NCBI GenBank assembly: GCA_045863235.1
Contig: BTUM01000007.1
Coordinates: 32,001-96,000, forward strand
Direction of reading: 5' to 3'
DNA: 64,000 nt
Source: Candidatus Xenobia bacterium
GTDB lineage: Bacteria; Vulcanimicrobiota; Xenobia; Xenobiales; QWHO01
A model generated the notes under the pieces. The model was not told where the DNA came from and searched no databases. It worked only from the letters and a program-made list of their open reading frames with translations. Shown here piece by piece: positions 17,691-27,719 of the stretch. How positions within the stretch are numbered: the first letter of the stretch is position 1; each line of letters begins with the position of its first letter. The position numbers were made by a program, and so were the translations under genes.

Positions 17691-20600
17691 GTGGCACTTC
17701 AGCCTGGGCAGTTGCTTGGAGATCGCTACCGCATTTCGCGCGTCCTGACCAGCGGCGCCATGGGTGCGGTGTATCAGGCTGAGGATTCCCGGATGCAGTC
17801 TTATTGCGTCATCAAGGAGATGCTCGAGATGCAGCCGGGATCGGCTGACGACCAGGCCATCATGCGCCGCTTCGAGGAGGAGAAGGCCATTCTGGCGCGC
17901 GTCAGCCATCCCGGCCTCCCCCGTGTGCGTGATTTTGCGCTGGTCAACGGTCTGTGCTACATCGTATCGGATTTTGTCGAGGGCACCAGCCTCGAACAGC
18001 AGCTGACCGATTGTCTCAAGCAGACCGGCCGTCCCGTTCCGGGACGCGAGCTGGTGCCAACCATCCTCTCGGTGCTGGAGATCCTCGAATACCTGCACTC
18101 GCTCACTCCCCCGGTGCTCCATCGCGATGTCAAGCCGGCCAACATACTGTGCGAAGCCCGCAGCGGCAAGGTCATGCTGGTGGATCTGGGTCTGTCTCAG
18201 CCGCTGGATGCGCGACGCACCCCCTCCGGGGCCAACACTCTGGGGTATTCGCCCCTCGAGCAGATTCAGGGCCGTCCCGAGCCGCGCTCGGACCTGTACG
18301 CTCTGGGTGCAACCATGAGCCAGATGCTTTCCGGGCAGCTCCCGGTGCCTCTGGGAATCCCCCCCCTGGCGACCCTCACCTCGCTCGTCGATCCCCCCCT
18401 GGCGGCTCTGGTCGATCGGGCCTGCGCTTTCAACCTGGAGCATCGCTTCGCCAGCGCCCGAGAGATGCGTCAGGCCCTGGCTGCCTGGCTGGCCCGGGCC
18501 AGCGGAGAGCCTGTCCCGGCTGAAGAGGCGCAGTCGACCGATTCTTCCCCGCGCCGGCCGCGCCCCGCCCCGGTCTTTCCCAGCAAGTCCGGAACCGTGC
18601 CGACCGGACGACCACAGGTCGTGCCTCCGATGCCCAGTTCGTCTCCTGTCGCTCGTCGCGAGTTCGGACGTGCCGCTGGCGAGGGACCCCCCGGGGGGGC
18701 GCCCGGAGAGGCGCCGGCATCCGTCGGCTCGTCTGAGGTGCCAGCGCCGGCCCAACCGCCGGCAACACCGCCTCCCATGGCACAACCGCCCGCTCCGGCC
18801 CCCCCAGCTCCAGGACCGGTTGGAACGTCTTCGCCCCTGCCCCCGATTCAGTCCGCTCCGCCCGTCGCTGCTCCGATGCCTCCGGCTCCGCCGGTGGCCG
18901 CCCAGCCGGCCGCTCCGATGCCTCCCGCCCCGCCCGTGGCCGCCCAGCCGGCCGCTCCAATGCCTCCCGCCCAGCCCGTGGCCCAGCCGGCCGCTCCGAT
19001 GCCTCCCTCCCCGCCCGTGGCTCAGCCGGCCGCTCCGATGCCTCCAGCCCCGCCCGTGGCTCAGGCCGCCGTTCCGATGCCTCCAGCCCCGCCCGTGGCT
19101 CAGGCCGTCGCTGCGATGCCCCCGCCTGTGGCTCAGCCGGCCGCTCCGATGCCTCCCGCCCCGCCCGTGGCCCAGCCGGTCGCACCGATGCCACCCGCCC
19201 CGCCCCTGGCCCAGCCGGCCGCTCCGATGCCCCCGCCCCTGGCCCAGGCTCCCGTCCCGCCCTCGATGCCTCCGGCGCCTCTTGCTCCGCCGGGCGTGAC
19301 TCCACAGTTTGCTTCGGCCCAGCTTCCCATGGCCCAGCCTCCCGGTGCCCCACCGGTGCCCCCGATGGGGTCGGCTTTCCCCCCTGCCACGGGCCCCATG
19401 AGTCCCCCTGCAGGTGCCGCCTGGCCGCCGCCTCCCGATACCGAGTCAGCCGTGATATCGGGCCCACCTCCTGCGCAGCCGGCTCTCATCCCTCCGAGGG
19501 GCGAGGCCTTGCTCCCCCCTCTGCCCGGGTCGAGACCTGGCCCCCCGCCCATGACCGAGGGGATGGATGAGGCCCTGGATGCGCCGATGCCTCCGCCGCT
19601 TCCGCCTCTCAATCTTCCGGATAGTGCCGCCAGGCTGGAGCCGTGCGAGGTCACGCTGCCGTCCCCGAGTTCACATCTGGCGGCCCCGCGTCCGGCTCCG
19701 CCTATTCCCAGCTTGCGGCCCGATGCTCCCGAGCCCGCGCCTTTGAAGCTGGCCCTGGAGCGTCCCGACGCTGCCGGGCGGCCACCGATGAGTGCCCCGG
19801 AGCCAGAGCCCGACCTCGAGCCTCAGGCCGAGGTCAGTGAACCTGATCATGAACCCTTTGGCGGGCCAGAGACCCCGCCACCATTCGACCCGTATCTTGA
19901 GCCCGAGGAGCCTTATGCCCAGCCTTCTGCTCCGGCCGCAAAGAAGGCTGCGCCGAAAGAGAAGAAGGCAGGACGCGGACTTCCCCTTCCGGCCATCCTG
20001 GTAGCCGTGTTGCTCGTCGTGGTAGGCGGATTCTTTGCGGGACGCTACTTCAACCAGGGTCCCCAGCCTGTGGCCAGCGAGTCTCCCACGGTCACGCCCT
20101 CGGATGAGCCCTCAACAGAGCCTTCACCCACTCCGGCAGCCTCGGTGAGCCCCGAGCCTGTGGCTTCGGCCAGTCCGGAGACCTCGCCCAGTCCATCGGC
20201 CAGTCCCGAGCCGGTCGCCTCGGCCAGTCCTTCGGTCAGTCCCTCAGCCAGTCCGGAGGCTTCGCCCAGCCCGTCGGCCAGCCCCGAGCCGTTGGCCTCG
20301 GCCAGCCCGGACGCATCCCCCAGCCCGTCCGCTTCTCCCTCTGAGGTGGCCTTGCAGGACGCCGATGATGACCGGGAAACCGACCCGAAGGCTTCGTTGC
20401 CCCCTCCTCCCACCTCCAATCCCACCGCCGAGGGAGGGCTGAAAGTCGAGTCGACCGGGGCGGGCCTCTCCTTCGAGGTCCCGGCCGGGTTCGAAGTGCG
20501 CCGCAACAACTGGGGCAAGCACAGTGCCGAGCTTCATTTCCGCAAGGTGGAGCCCTGGGGAGAAATGCGCCTGCGCGTAAAAGTTCAGCTCGGACGCAGC

Positions 20601-20855
20601 GGCTCGCGCATGCTCAAGAGCTACGAGCAGGTGCTGAAGGGCGCTTGGAGCTCGGTGACCCCCAAAGGCCTGGATGAGTTCGCCCTGGTCGGGGTGGACG
20701 GCCGGGGGATGAGCTGGGTGGGGGCCCGCCGCCGCGACGACGAGCACGTGGTCTTCGCGACCGTGACTTACAGCTGGGTGGGCGCGAGCGCACCCACAAC
20801 GGGGTTCGAGGAGGCAGCTGGGGTGGTTCGCTCCAAGCTGGAGTTGCCCCGCTGA
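17691..20855 (+). CDS. Membrane-bound Hanks-type Ser/Thr kinase with a long Pro-rich linker
   Basis: GAMGAVY, VIKE, HRDVKPAN, DLG, SDLYALG; one TM helix (ILVAVLLVVVGGFFAG); Ser/Pro-rich stalk and a C-terminal domain. Confidence 0.92.
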   Translation: MALQPGQLLGDRYRISRVLTSGAMGAVYQAEDSRMQSYCVIKEMLEMQPGSADDQAIMRRFEEEKAILARVSHPGLPRVRDFALVNGLCYIVSDFVEGTSLEQQLTDCLKQTGRPVPGRELVPTILSVLEILEYLHSLTPPVLHRDVKPANILCEARSGKVMLVDLGLSQPLDARRTPSGANTLGYSPLEQIQGRPEPRSDLYALGATMSQMLSGQLPVPLGIPPLATLTSLVDPPLAALVDRACAFNLEHRFASAREMRQALAAWLARASGEPVPAEEAQSTDSSPRRPRPAPVFPSKSGTVPTGRPQVVPPMPSSSPVARREFGRAAGEGPPGGAPGEAPASVGSSEVPAPAQPPATPPPMAQPPAPAPPAPGPVGTSSPLPPIQSAPPVAAPMPPAPPVAAQPAAPMPPAPPVAAQPAAPMPPAQPVAQPAAPMPPSPPVAQPAAPMPPAPPVAQAAVPMPPAPPVAQAVAAMPPPVAQPAAPMPPAPPVAQPVAPMPPAPPLAQPAAPMPPPLAQAPVPPSMPPAPLAPPGVTPQFASAQLPMAQPPGAPPVPPMGSAFPPATGPMSPPAGAAWPPPPDTESAVISGPPPAQPALIPPRGEALLPPLPGSRPGPPPMTEGMDEALDAPMPPPLPPLNLPDSAARLEPCEVTLPSPSSHLAAPRPAPPIPSLRPDAPEPAPLKLALERPDAAGRPPMSAPEPEPDLEPQAEVSEPDHEPFGGPETPPPFDPYLEPEEPYAQPSAPAAKKAAPKEKKAGRGLPLPAILVAVLLVVVGGFFAGRYFNQGPQPVASESPTVTPSDEPSTEPSPTPAASVSPEPVASASPETSPSPSASPEPVASASPSVSPSASPEASPSPSASPEPLASASPDASPSPSASPSEVALQDADDDRETDPKASLPPPPTSNPTAEGGLKVESTGAGLSFEVPAGFEVRRNNWGKHSAELHFRKVEPWGEMRLRVKVQLGRSGSRMLKSYEQVLKGAWSSVTPKGLDEFALVGVDGRGMSWVGARRRDDEHVVFATVTYSWVGASAPTTGFEEAAGVVRSKLELPR
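18860..19250 (+). repeat. Coding tandem repeat, about 10 units of PAAPMPPAPPVAQ
   Basis: Roughly 33-42 bp degenerate units built on CAGCCGGCCGCTCCGATGCC; boundaries approximate. Confidence 0.85.
20135..20342 (+). repeat. Coding Ser/Pro repeat (SASPEP/SPSPSASP)
   Basis: Recurrent TCGGCCAGTCC/TCGGCCAGCCC units in the kinase extracellular stalk; boundaries approximate. Confidence 0.7.
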
Positions 20856-21244
20856 CCCTGCGCACTCTGTATCGCCCTGTGGGCCTCAAGGAGTGGCGAT
20901 TGATCGAAGCCTCCCAGCGGCGCGCCTTCCCGCCCAGGCTTCCCCAGCAGCCGATCTTCTACCCGGTTACCAACGAGCAGTATGCCATCTTGATCGCGCG
21001 CGACTGGAACAGCTCCGACCCCAACTCGGGATACGTCGGGTTGGTGACGGCCTTCGACCTGCCCGAGGAGTTTGTTGAGCGCTATCCGGTGCAAACGGTC
21101 GGAGGACGGGTGGCCCAGGAACTCTGGGTGCCGGCCGAGGAGCTGGCCGAGTTCAACGCCCAGATCGTGGGACCCATCCGCCTTCTGCATGTCTATTACG
21201 GTGAGGAGTACCGCGGGCCCCGCGGTCTGGGCGGATTCCCTTAG
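20852..21244 (+). CDS. Conserved small protein of the family often labelled ADP-ribosylation/crystallin J1
   Basis: TLYRPVGLKE...FPPRLPQQPIFYPV...IARDWN...ELWVPAEELAEFNAQIVGPI; conservation extends upstream of the GTG at 20879, so a CTG start at 20852 is proposed. Confidence 0.75.
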   Translation: MTLRTLYRPVGLKEWRLIEASQRRAFPPRLPQQPIFYPVTNEQYAILIARDWNSSDPNSGYVGLVTAFDLPEEFVERYPVQTVGGRVAQELWVPAEELAEFNAQIVGPIRLLHVYYGEEYRGPRGLGGFP

Positions 21245-21374
21245 CAGAGTGATGCAAAGGCTTTTGCATCATCCTGCGCTCAACAGATTGTCTAGCAGGC
21301 TGATGCCTACACAATATCTTGTGGTGGCGGAGCTATGCTTCGACACCACAACCGGTTTTGCATCAGCCTGTTAG
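21241..21374. mobile_element. MITE/REP-like composite element, copy 3
   Basis: TTAGCAGAGTGATGCAAA...TTTTGCATCAGCCTGTTAG with an internal CTAGCAGGCTGATGC and a nested hairpin TTGTGGTG...CACCACAA; both ends overlap stops of convergent genes. Confidence 0.75.
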
Positions 21375-23164
21375 GCTCGGGCTCGGGTTCGCTCGGCCAA
21401 TTCGCGGGCCAGGGCCACGTTGGCCCGGATCAGGTCACAGCCACCCTGCCAGAAGCTGGCCTGACCGATGTCGATCTCGAGCTTTTCGAGCATGCGGGTG
21501 GGGGGCAGGCTGCCGCCGCTGGCGAGAAGCTCGAAGTACTTGTCCACGAAGCTTGCTCCCTCGCGCTTGTAGCGGGCGTAGAGCGAGAGCACCAGAAGCT
21601 CGCCGAAGGCGTAGGCGTAAACATAGAACGGCGTGCTGACGATGTGGGGGATGTAGAGCCAGCTCCAGCGATGATCCTCGCCCAGAGTGAGGGCCTGCCC
21701 GAACATCTCTTGCATGCACTCTTGCCAGAGGCCATTGATGCTTTCAACGGTCAGCTCGCCCTGCTCGCGTCGGCGTTGGTGAAGCCGTTGCTCGAAGCGG
21801 TACATCGAGACCTGACGAAAGACCGTGGCAAAGGTGTCCTCGAGCTTCTCGCACAGCATGGCCAGGCGGGCCTCGTCTGATTTGAGGTCGCGCTGCAAAC
21901 GCTCGAACACCAGCAGCTCGCCGAAGGTGCTGGCGGTCTCGGCCATCGGCAGAACCGGGTGGTAGTTGAGGAGATTCTGCTTGCTGGCCAGGCGGTCATG
22001 CACCCCGTGGCCCAGCTCGTGGGCCAGGGTCATCACGTCGCGGGGCTTGCCGGTGTAGTTGAGCAACACGTAAGGATGGTGGTCGGGGGTAACACCCGCG
22101 CAGAAAGCCCCACCGCGTTTTCCATCCTTGACGACGGCGTCGATCCAGCGCTTGGAGAAAAAGGGCTCGGCCAGCTCGGCCAGCCGGGGAGAGAAGCTCC
22201 CGAAAGCCTCCAGCACGATCTCTCGGGCCTTCTGGAAATCGAGCTCGTCGCGGTCCTTGGAGATTGGGGCGTAGCGGTCGTAGTGTTTGAGGTCGCTCAG
22301 GCCCAGAAGCTCTCCCTTGAGCCGATAGTAGTCGGCCACCAGGTCGAAGTTCTGCACGCAGACGCCCACCATCGTGTCCACCATCTCCTGGGAGAGTTCG
22401 TTGTCCAGGTGCCGGTCGGCCTCGGGGCTCTCGAAGCGACGCAACTTGTCGATGACCTGCTTTTCGTGCAGCAGTGTGTTGTGGGTGAAGTTCAGCACGT
22501 GAGCGTTCTTCTCGAGCCCCTCGGCCAGAGCGAGCGCGGCAGCCTGGCGAAGGCTGCGGTCAGGCTCATACAAAAGGGCCATCAGCTGGCTCTGGTTGAG
22601 ATCCCTGGTTTCGTCGCCGTGGCGCAGGGTGTACTTCATGCCCGAGGTGATCTCGGTGAAGAGACGGCGCCAGGCCCGGCCGCGATCATTGGCGGTCTCC
22701 TCGAGGATCTTCTCTTCGGGCTCGGACAGGTAGTGGGCCGCCAGTTTGCGCTGGTGGTCGAGGTAGTGGTGGTAGTCGGCCAGCACCGGATCGTTGAGCA
22801 GCCGGGCAAACGTCTCGGGGCTGATGCGCCCGATCTCCAGGTCAAAGAAGATGAGATGGGTGGAGATCTCGCTGCCCAGCTCACGGACGCGCTGCACCAG
22901 GGCTTTGCGCGCATCGTCGGAGGTGTCGGTGGAGAAGAGCAGCTGGGCGAACGCCTGCGGTTTGGACTCGTGGCGCAAGAGCGCCTCATATTCGTCCAGG
23001 GCCCCCTTCAAGCGTTCCGCGGTCAGGCTCTCGGAGGCGATCTGGTCGCGATAGCGCCGCTCAAAGTCGCGTGCCTGGTTCAGTGACTCGCCCAGGTCAG
23101 CTTCGATGCGGGGGTCATCAACACCCGAATAGAGGTCGGACAGGTCCCAGGTGGGCAGTTCCAT
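21371..23164 (-). CDS. pepF: M3B oligoendopeptidase F
   Basis: WDLSDLY, GKRGGAFC, TLAHELGHGVH, AETASTFGE and PFYVYAYAFG. Confidence 0.93.
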   Translation of the reverse strand: MELPTWDLSDLYSGVDDPRIEADLGESLNQARDFERRYRDQIASESLTAERLKGALDEYEALLRHESKPQAFAQLLFSTDTSDDARKALVQRVRELGSEISTHLIFFDLEIGRISPETFARLLNDPVLADYHHYLDHQRKLAAHYLSEPEEKILEETANDRGRAWRRLFTEITSGMKYTLRHGDETRDLNQSQLMALLYEPDRSLRQAAALALAEGLEKNAHVLNFTHNTLLHEKQVIDKLRRFESPEADRHLDNELSQEMVDTMVGVCVQNFDLVADYYRLKGELLGLSDLKHYDRYAPISKDRDELDFQKAREIVLEAFGSFSPRLAELAEPFFSKRWIDAVVKDGKRGGAFCAGVTPDHHPYVLLNYTGKPRDVMTLAHELGHGVHDRLASKQNLLNYHPVLPMAETASTFGELLVFERLQRDLKSDEARLAMLCEKLEDTFATVFRQVSMYRFEQRLHQRRREQGELTVESINGLWQECMQEMFGQALTLGEDHRWSWLYIPHIVSTPFYVYAYAFGELLVLSLYARYKREGASFVDKYFELLASGGSLPPTRMLEKLEIDIGQASFWQGGCDLIRANVALARELAERTRARA

Positions 23165-23228
23165 TTGGATCAGGCTCCCGCTTGATGGATTTCTCAGCCC
23201 TTTCCAGCCCGGTCGCGCAGTTCCTATC

Positions 23229-25394
23229 TCAAGGCTCGTAGCGGAAGCTGGCTCTCCCCGTGGCGGCAGAGCTGTTCCCGACGTAGACCAGCACCTCGCC
23301 GGGGTCGGCCACCCAGCCCCCTTTCGGGCCCCAGTAGAGCAGGTCTTTGCGCGAGAGCGTGAAGTTGACGGTCCGCGCCTCCCCCGGGGCCAGCTCGACC
23401 CGCTCGAAGCCGCGCAGCTCGCGTACCGGACGGGTGACCCGAGCCACCGGGTCCTGGATGTAGAGCTGCACCACCTCGGCCCCGGCCCGCTTGCCGACGT
23501 TCTTGATTTCGACGCTCACCGTCAGAGGGGAAGTCGCATCCATGGTGGCGGCCGACAGGCGAGGGGCAGAGATGGCAAATCGCGTGTAGCTCAGGCCGTA
23601 GCCGAAGACGTACTGAGGCGAGTTGGGCACGTCCAGGTAGCGGGAAGCGTACTTCTCGTTCTGCTTGCCCGACCAGGGACGGCCGGTATTCTTGCTGTTG
23701 TAGTAGATGGGCACCTGGCCCAGGTTGCGCGGGAAGGTAATGGGCAGCTTGCCACTGGGGTTGACGTCGCCGAACAGCACGTCAGCGATGCCGTTGCCGG
23801 CCTCGGTGCCGGCAAACCAGGTTTCGAGGATGGCCGGGCTCTTGTCGGCGACCCAGCCCAGAGCCAGAGGACGCCCGTTCATCAGCACCACTGTGTAGGG
23901 CTTCCCGGTGGCGTGAATCGCCTGGATCAGGGCCAGCTGCGAGCCGGGCAGATCGATCGAGGTGCGCGAGGCAGCTTCGCCCGACATTTCGGCATCCTCG
24001 CCCACGGCCAGCAGGACCACATCGGCCGCCCTGGCGGCGGCCACCGCCGCCTTGAAGTCGGTCACCACCCCTTTGACGGGGCAGCCCTTCACGAAGGTGA
24101 CCCGGGCGCCCGGGAGCTTGGCTCTGACGCCGGCCAGCAGCGTGACCACGTCCCTTTTCTGGCCGTCGCCGTTCCAGGAACCCATCATGTCTTGCTGCGA
24201 ATCGCCCAGCGGACCGATGATGGCCACCGACTTCACGTTCTTGGAGTAGGGGAGAAGGTTCTTGTCGTTCTTGAGCAGTACGCAGGAGCGGGCCGCCGAC
24301 ACGCGGGCCAGCTGGCGGTGCTCCGGGATCAGGAAGTTGGCGGCTTCCGTGCCCTCGGGCACGTAGGGATCCTCGAACAGTCCGAGCCGCTTCTTCAGAC
24401 GTAACACCCGGCGCACCGACTCGTCCAGGGTGGCCTGGCTCAGCTTGCCATCTTGGATCAACTGGGCACCGTTCTTGACGTAGGTGCGGCTGACCATCTC
24501 GATGTCGACGCCCGCATTCAGGGCTGCGTCGCAGGCCTCGGCGGGGGTCCCGGCAAGGCCGTGCTTGATCAGCTCCTCCACCGAGGTGAAGTCGCTCACC
24601 ACGACGCCGTCCCACTTCCACTCGCCCCGCAGGACCTCGGTGAGGGTGAAGCGGTTGGCGCTGGCGGGTACTCCACCGATCTCGTTGAACGAGCTCATGA
24701 AGGTGCCCACGTTCGCGTCCACGGCCGCCTTGAAGGGCGGGAAGTAGACCTCGCGCAGGGTGCGCTCGGACATGTCGGCGGTGTTGTAGTCGCGGCCTGC
24801 TTCGGCCGCCCCGTAAGCCACCCAGTGCTTGGCGCAGGCGACCACCTTGCCGCTACGCTGAAATCCCTTCACCCGGGCCTCGGCCACCCGTGACCCGTAG
24901 TAGGGATCCTCGCCGGCGCCCTCAACCACCCGGCCCCAGCGAGGGTCGCGGGCGATGTCGACCATGGGCGCGAAGGTCCACTTTACCCCGTGGGCATAGG
25001 CCTCGCGCGAGGCAACGGCGGCTGTCTCCTCCATGCCCTCGAGGTCGAAACTGGCGGCCTCACCGAGCGGGACCGGGAAAATGGTCCGATAGCCGTGGAT
25101 CACGTCGAAGGCGAACAGGATCGGGATCTTGAGCCGGGTCTCGGTGACGGCTACTTTCTGGATGCGGTTGACGGTGGCTGCCCCTCGCACGCCCAGAGTG
25201 CTGCCAACCTGGCTCGCTCGCACCATCTCCATGCCGTCTTTGTCCGAGAAACCCTGGTGGTCGCCGCCGATCTGCATCAGTTGGCCGAGTTTCTCCTCGG
25301 TGGTCATCTGCTGGAGCAGGGATTCGATGTCCACCGGCTGGGCCAGGGCCGAGGCAGTCAAGAGCCCGAGAAGAGTTGGCAGGGTGAGCTTCAT
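23229..25394 (-). CDS. bglX: Secreted GH3 beta-glucosidase with Fn3-like domain
   Basis: Signal peptide; DVIHG, RDPRWGR, GEDP, CAKH, VVSDF, VLLKN, PSGKLP; start ATG at 25394. Confidence 0.93.
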   Translation of the reverse strand: MKLTLPTLLGLLTASALAQPVDIESLLQQMTTEEKLGQLMQIGGDHQGFSDKDGMEMVRASQVGSTLGVRGAATVNRIQKVAVTETRLKIPILFAFDVIHGYRTIFPVPLGEAASFDLEGMEETAAVASREAYAHGVKWTFAPMVDIARDPRWGRVVEGAGEDPYYGSRVAEARVKGFQRSGKVVACAKHWVAYGAAEAGRDYNTADMSERTLREVYFPPFKAAVDANVGTFMSSFNEIGGVPASANRFTLTEVLRGEWKWDGVVVSDFTSVEELIKHGLAGTPAEACDAALNAGVDIEMVSRTYVKNGAQLIQDGKLSQATLDESVRRVLRLKKRLGLFEDPYVPEGTEAANFLIPEHRQLARVSAARSCVLLKNDKNLLPYSKNVKSVAIIGPLGDSQQDMMGSWNGDGQKRDVVTLLAGVRAKLPGARVTFVKGCPVKGVVTDFKAAVAAARAADVVLLAVGEDAEMSGEAASRTSIDLPGSQLALIQAIHATGKPYTVVLMNGRPLALGWVADKSPAILETWFAGTEAGNGIADVLFGDVNPSGKLPITFPRNLGQVPIYYNSKNTGRPWSGKQNEKYASRYLDVPNSPQYVFGYGLSYTRFAISAPRLSAATMDATSPLTVSVEIKNVGKRAGAEVVQLYIQDPVARVTRPVRELRGFERVELAPGEARTVNFTLSRKDLLYWGPKGGWVADPGEVLVYVGNSSAATGRASFRYEP

Positions 25395-27589
25395 GATCTT
25401 TCTACCGCTCCTGTCGTCGCTGAATGATTTTCTACCGCTCCTGTCGTCGCTGATTTTTCTACCGCTCCTGTCGTCGCTGACTTCTTCTCCATGGCAAAGG
25501 TCTTGATCAGGAAGGTATAGATGTCCGCCGCCTCCTCGATCACTTTGGAGGTGGGCTTGCCACCGCCGTGGCCAGCCTTCGTTTCGACCCGGATCAAGAT
25601 GGGCGCCGGGCCGCCCTGGGCGGCCTGCAGAGCGGCAGCGAACTTCTTGGCGTGCGCCGGCACCACCCGGTCGTCGGTATCTGCCGTGGTGATCAGCAGC
25701 GGCGGGTACTTGGCGCCTTGCTTGACGTGGTGCAGTGGCGAGTAAGCATGGAGGAACTTGAACTGCTCCGGGTCGTCCGAGCTTCCGTACTCGGGGACCC
25801 AGAAGCGACCGACGGTAAACTTGTGGTAGCGCAGCATGTCGACGACGGGCACCTGGCAGACGGCTGCCCCGAAGAGGTAGGGTCGCTGGGTGACCATGGC
25901 GGCCACCAGCAGGCCACCGTTGCTGCCTCCGTTGCAGGCCAGTCGGTCGGGCCGGGTGTAGCCTTCCTTGATCAGGGTCTCGGCGCAGGCGATGAAGTCG
26001 TCGAAGACGTTCTGCTTCTTGCCCAGCATGCCGGCCTGGTGCCACTCCTCGCCATACTCGTTGCCACCGCGAAGGTTGGCCACCACCAGGACGCCCCCAT
26101 TCTCGAGCCACACCAGTCGGCTGGCCGAGAACGAAGGGGTCAGGCTGATGTTGAAGCCGCCGTAGGCGTAGAGCAGGGTCGGGTTGCTCGAATCGAGCTT
26201 GAGGTCCTTGCGAGCGGTGACGAACATCGGCACTTTGGTGCCGTCCTTGCTGGTGGCAAAGATCTGCTTCGTCTGATAGGCATCGAAGTCGAAGGCCACC
26301 CTGGGCTGTCGAAAGATGCTGAGCTGGCCGGAAGGAACTTCATAACGGTAGCTGGTCTGGGGCACCAGGAAGGAAGCGAAACCCAGGAACATCTCCCTGT
26401 CGGTGCGCTTGCCGGACATTCCGTTCACGGTCCCCAGCCCCGGCAGGGGAAGCTCGCCCAGAGACTTGCCCTCGAGGTCGTACATTTTGACCACGTGGCG
26501 CGCGTCCCGCATGGCGGCCACGAACAGCCGATTGTTCACCATGGCTACGTAGTCGATCACGTCTGAAGACTGCGGCACGATGGTGCGGGGGGGCGTTCTC
26601 TTGCTCGGGTCCATGGTGATGATGCGGCCGCGGGGCGCTTGAAGGTCGGTGTGCAGGTAGACGGTGCTGCCAACGTTGTCGATGACGTTGTAGAGAGCCT
26701 CCTCCTTGTCGACCAGCTTGATCATCGGCGAGCCCGGCTTGCTCAGGTCCTGGCAGTAGAGCATGTTCTTCGGGTCGGTACCGCGATTGACATAGAGGAA
26801 CAGGTAACGCCCGTCATCGGTGACGGCTGGCGTGAACAGCAGCTCCTTGTCCTGAGGGTAGTCGTAGATCAGTTTGTCGGTCGACTGGGGAGTGCCCAGC
26901 TTGTGAAAGAAGACTTTGTTGTAGCTGTTCTCGTCCTCTTTGGCCACCGTGCCCGGCTCGGGGAAGCGGTTGTAGTAGAACCCCTGGCTGTCAGAGGTCC
27001 AGCCCACCGAGGTGAACTTGCACCACTTGAGGGACTCGGCCAGATCGGTGCCGGTATCCACCTGGCGAACCTTGACCTCCTGTTGATCCGAGCCGGAGGC
27101 CTGAATGCCGTAAGCCATGAGCTTGCCATCGGGGCTGACCTTGTGGATCGAAGTGGAGACCGTGCCGTCGGCGCTCATCGCGTTGGGGTCGAGCACCACC
27201 CTGGGCTCGGCCGTGTCGCCGGTCAGCATATAGAGCACCGACTGGTTCTGCAGCCCATTGTTCTTGAAGTAGAAAGTGCGCCCCCCCTCACGGAAGGGAA
27301 GGCTGTAGCGCTCAAAGTTCCAGATCTCGGTCAGGCGCTTCTTGAGACGATCGAAGGTGGGCCCGGCATGCAGGTAGCTGAAGGTGAGCTGATTCTGGGC
27401 CTCGACCCAGGTGCGGGTGGCCTCCGAGTCGGGATCCTCCAACCAGCGGTAAGGGTCGCTGACGCTGGTGCCGTGATAGACATCCACCACGTCGCCCCGG
27501 GGCGATTGGGGGTACTTCCATGGCTCTTCAGAGACGCTAACGCTCGCCAGCGTCACGACCAGGGCCAGAATGGAGCAAAGGCGCTTCAA
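25391..27589 (-). CDS. Secreted prolyl oligopeptidase (S9A)
   Basis: DPYRWLED, YGGFN, RGGNEYG, catalytic GGSNGG, DDRVVP and AGHGGG. Confidence 0.95.
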   Translation of the reverse strand: MKRLCSILALVVTLASVSVSEEPWKYPQSPRGDVVDVYHGTSVSDPYRWLEDPDSEATRTWVEAQNQLTFSYLHAGPTFDRLKKRLTEIWNFERYSLPFREGGRTFYFKNNGLQNQSVLYMLTGDTAEPRVVLDPNAMSADGTVSTSIHKVSPDGKLMAYGIQASGSDQQEVKVRQVDTGTDLAESLKWCKFTSVGWTSDSQGFYYNRFPEPGTVAKEDENSYNKVFFHKLGTPQSTDKLIYDYPQDKELLFTPAVTDDGRYLFLYVNRGTDPKNMLYCQDLSKPGSPMIKLVDKEEALYNVIDNVGSTVYLHTDLQAPRGRIITMDPSKRTPPRTIVPQSSDVIDYVAMVNNRLFVAAMRDARHVVKMYDLEGKSLGELPLPGLGTVNGMSGKRTDREMFLGFASFLVPQTSYRYEVPSGQLSIFRQPRVAFDFDAYQTKQIFATSKDGTKVPMFVTARKDLKLDSSNPTLLYAYGGFNISLTPSFSASRLVWLENGGVLVVANLRGGNEYGEEWHQAGMLGKKQNVFDDFIACAETLIKEGYTRPDRLACNGGSNGGLLVAAMVTQRPYLFGAAVCQVPVVDMLRYHKFTVGRFWVPEYGSSDDPEQFKFLHAYSPLHHVKQGAKYPPLLITTADTDDRVVPAHAKKFAAALQAAQGGPAPILIRVETKAGHGGGKPTSKVIEEAADIYTFLIKTFAMEKKSATTGAVEKSATTGAVENHSATTGAVERS
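25401..25480. repeat. Three identical 23-bp direct repeats with periods of 30 and 27 bp
   Basis: TCTACCGCTCCTGTCGTCGCTGA at 25401, 25431 and 25458. Confidence 0.9.
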
Positions 27590-27719
27590 GGCAGGACCTC
27601 CTGTTTGGGGTCGCCTCCCCTTTGCGGCCCCGCCAGAGGTTCCTCGTGCCCGGGCAAGATTTTTCTCGGCTGGCCCGGGTAGCGAGGAGCGCAGCCGGAA
27701 ATCCTCTCTTACAGGTTTG

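Noticed and set aside
25401..25480. Three identical 23-bp repeats as a mini CRISPR array
   Set aside because: Spacers are only 7 and 4 nt, the repeats lie in frame within a CDS, and no cas genes are present.
23229..26111. 960-aa ORF as an extended beta-glucosidase
   Set aside because: The part above 25394 is an alternative frame of the prolyl oligopeptidase; the signal peptide starts at 25394.
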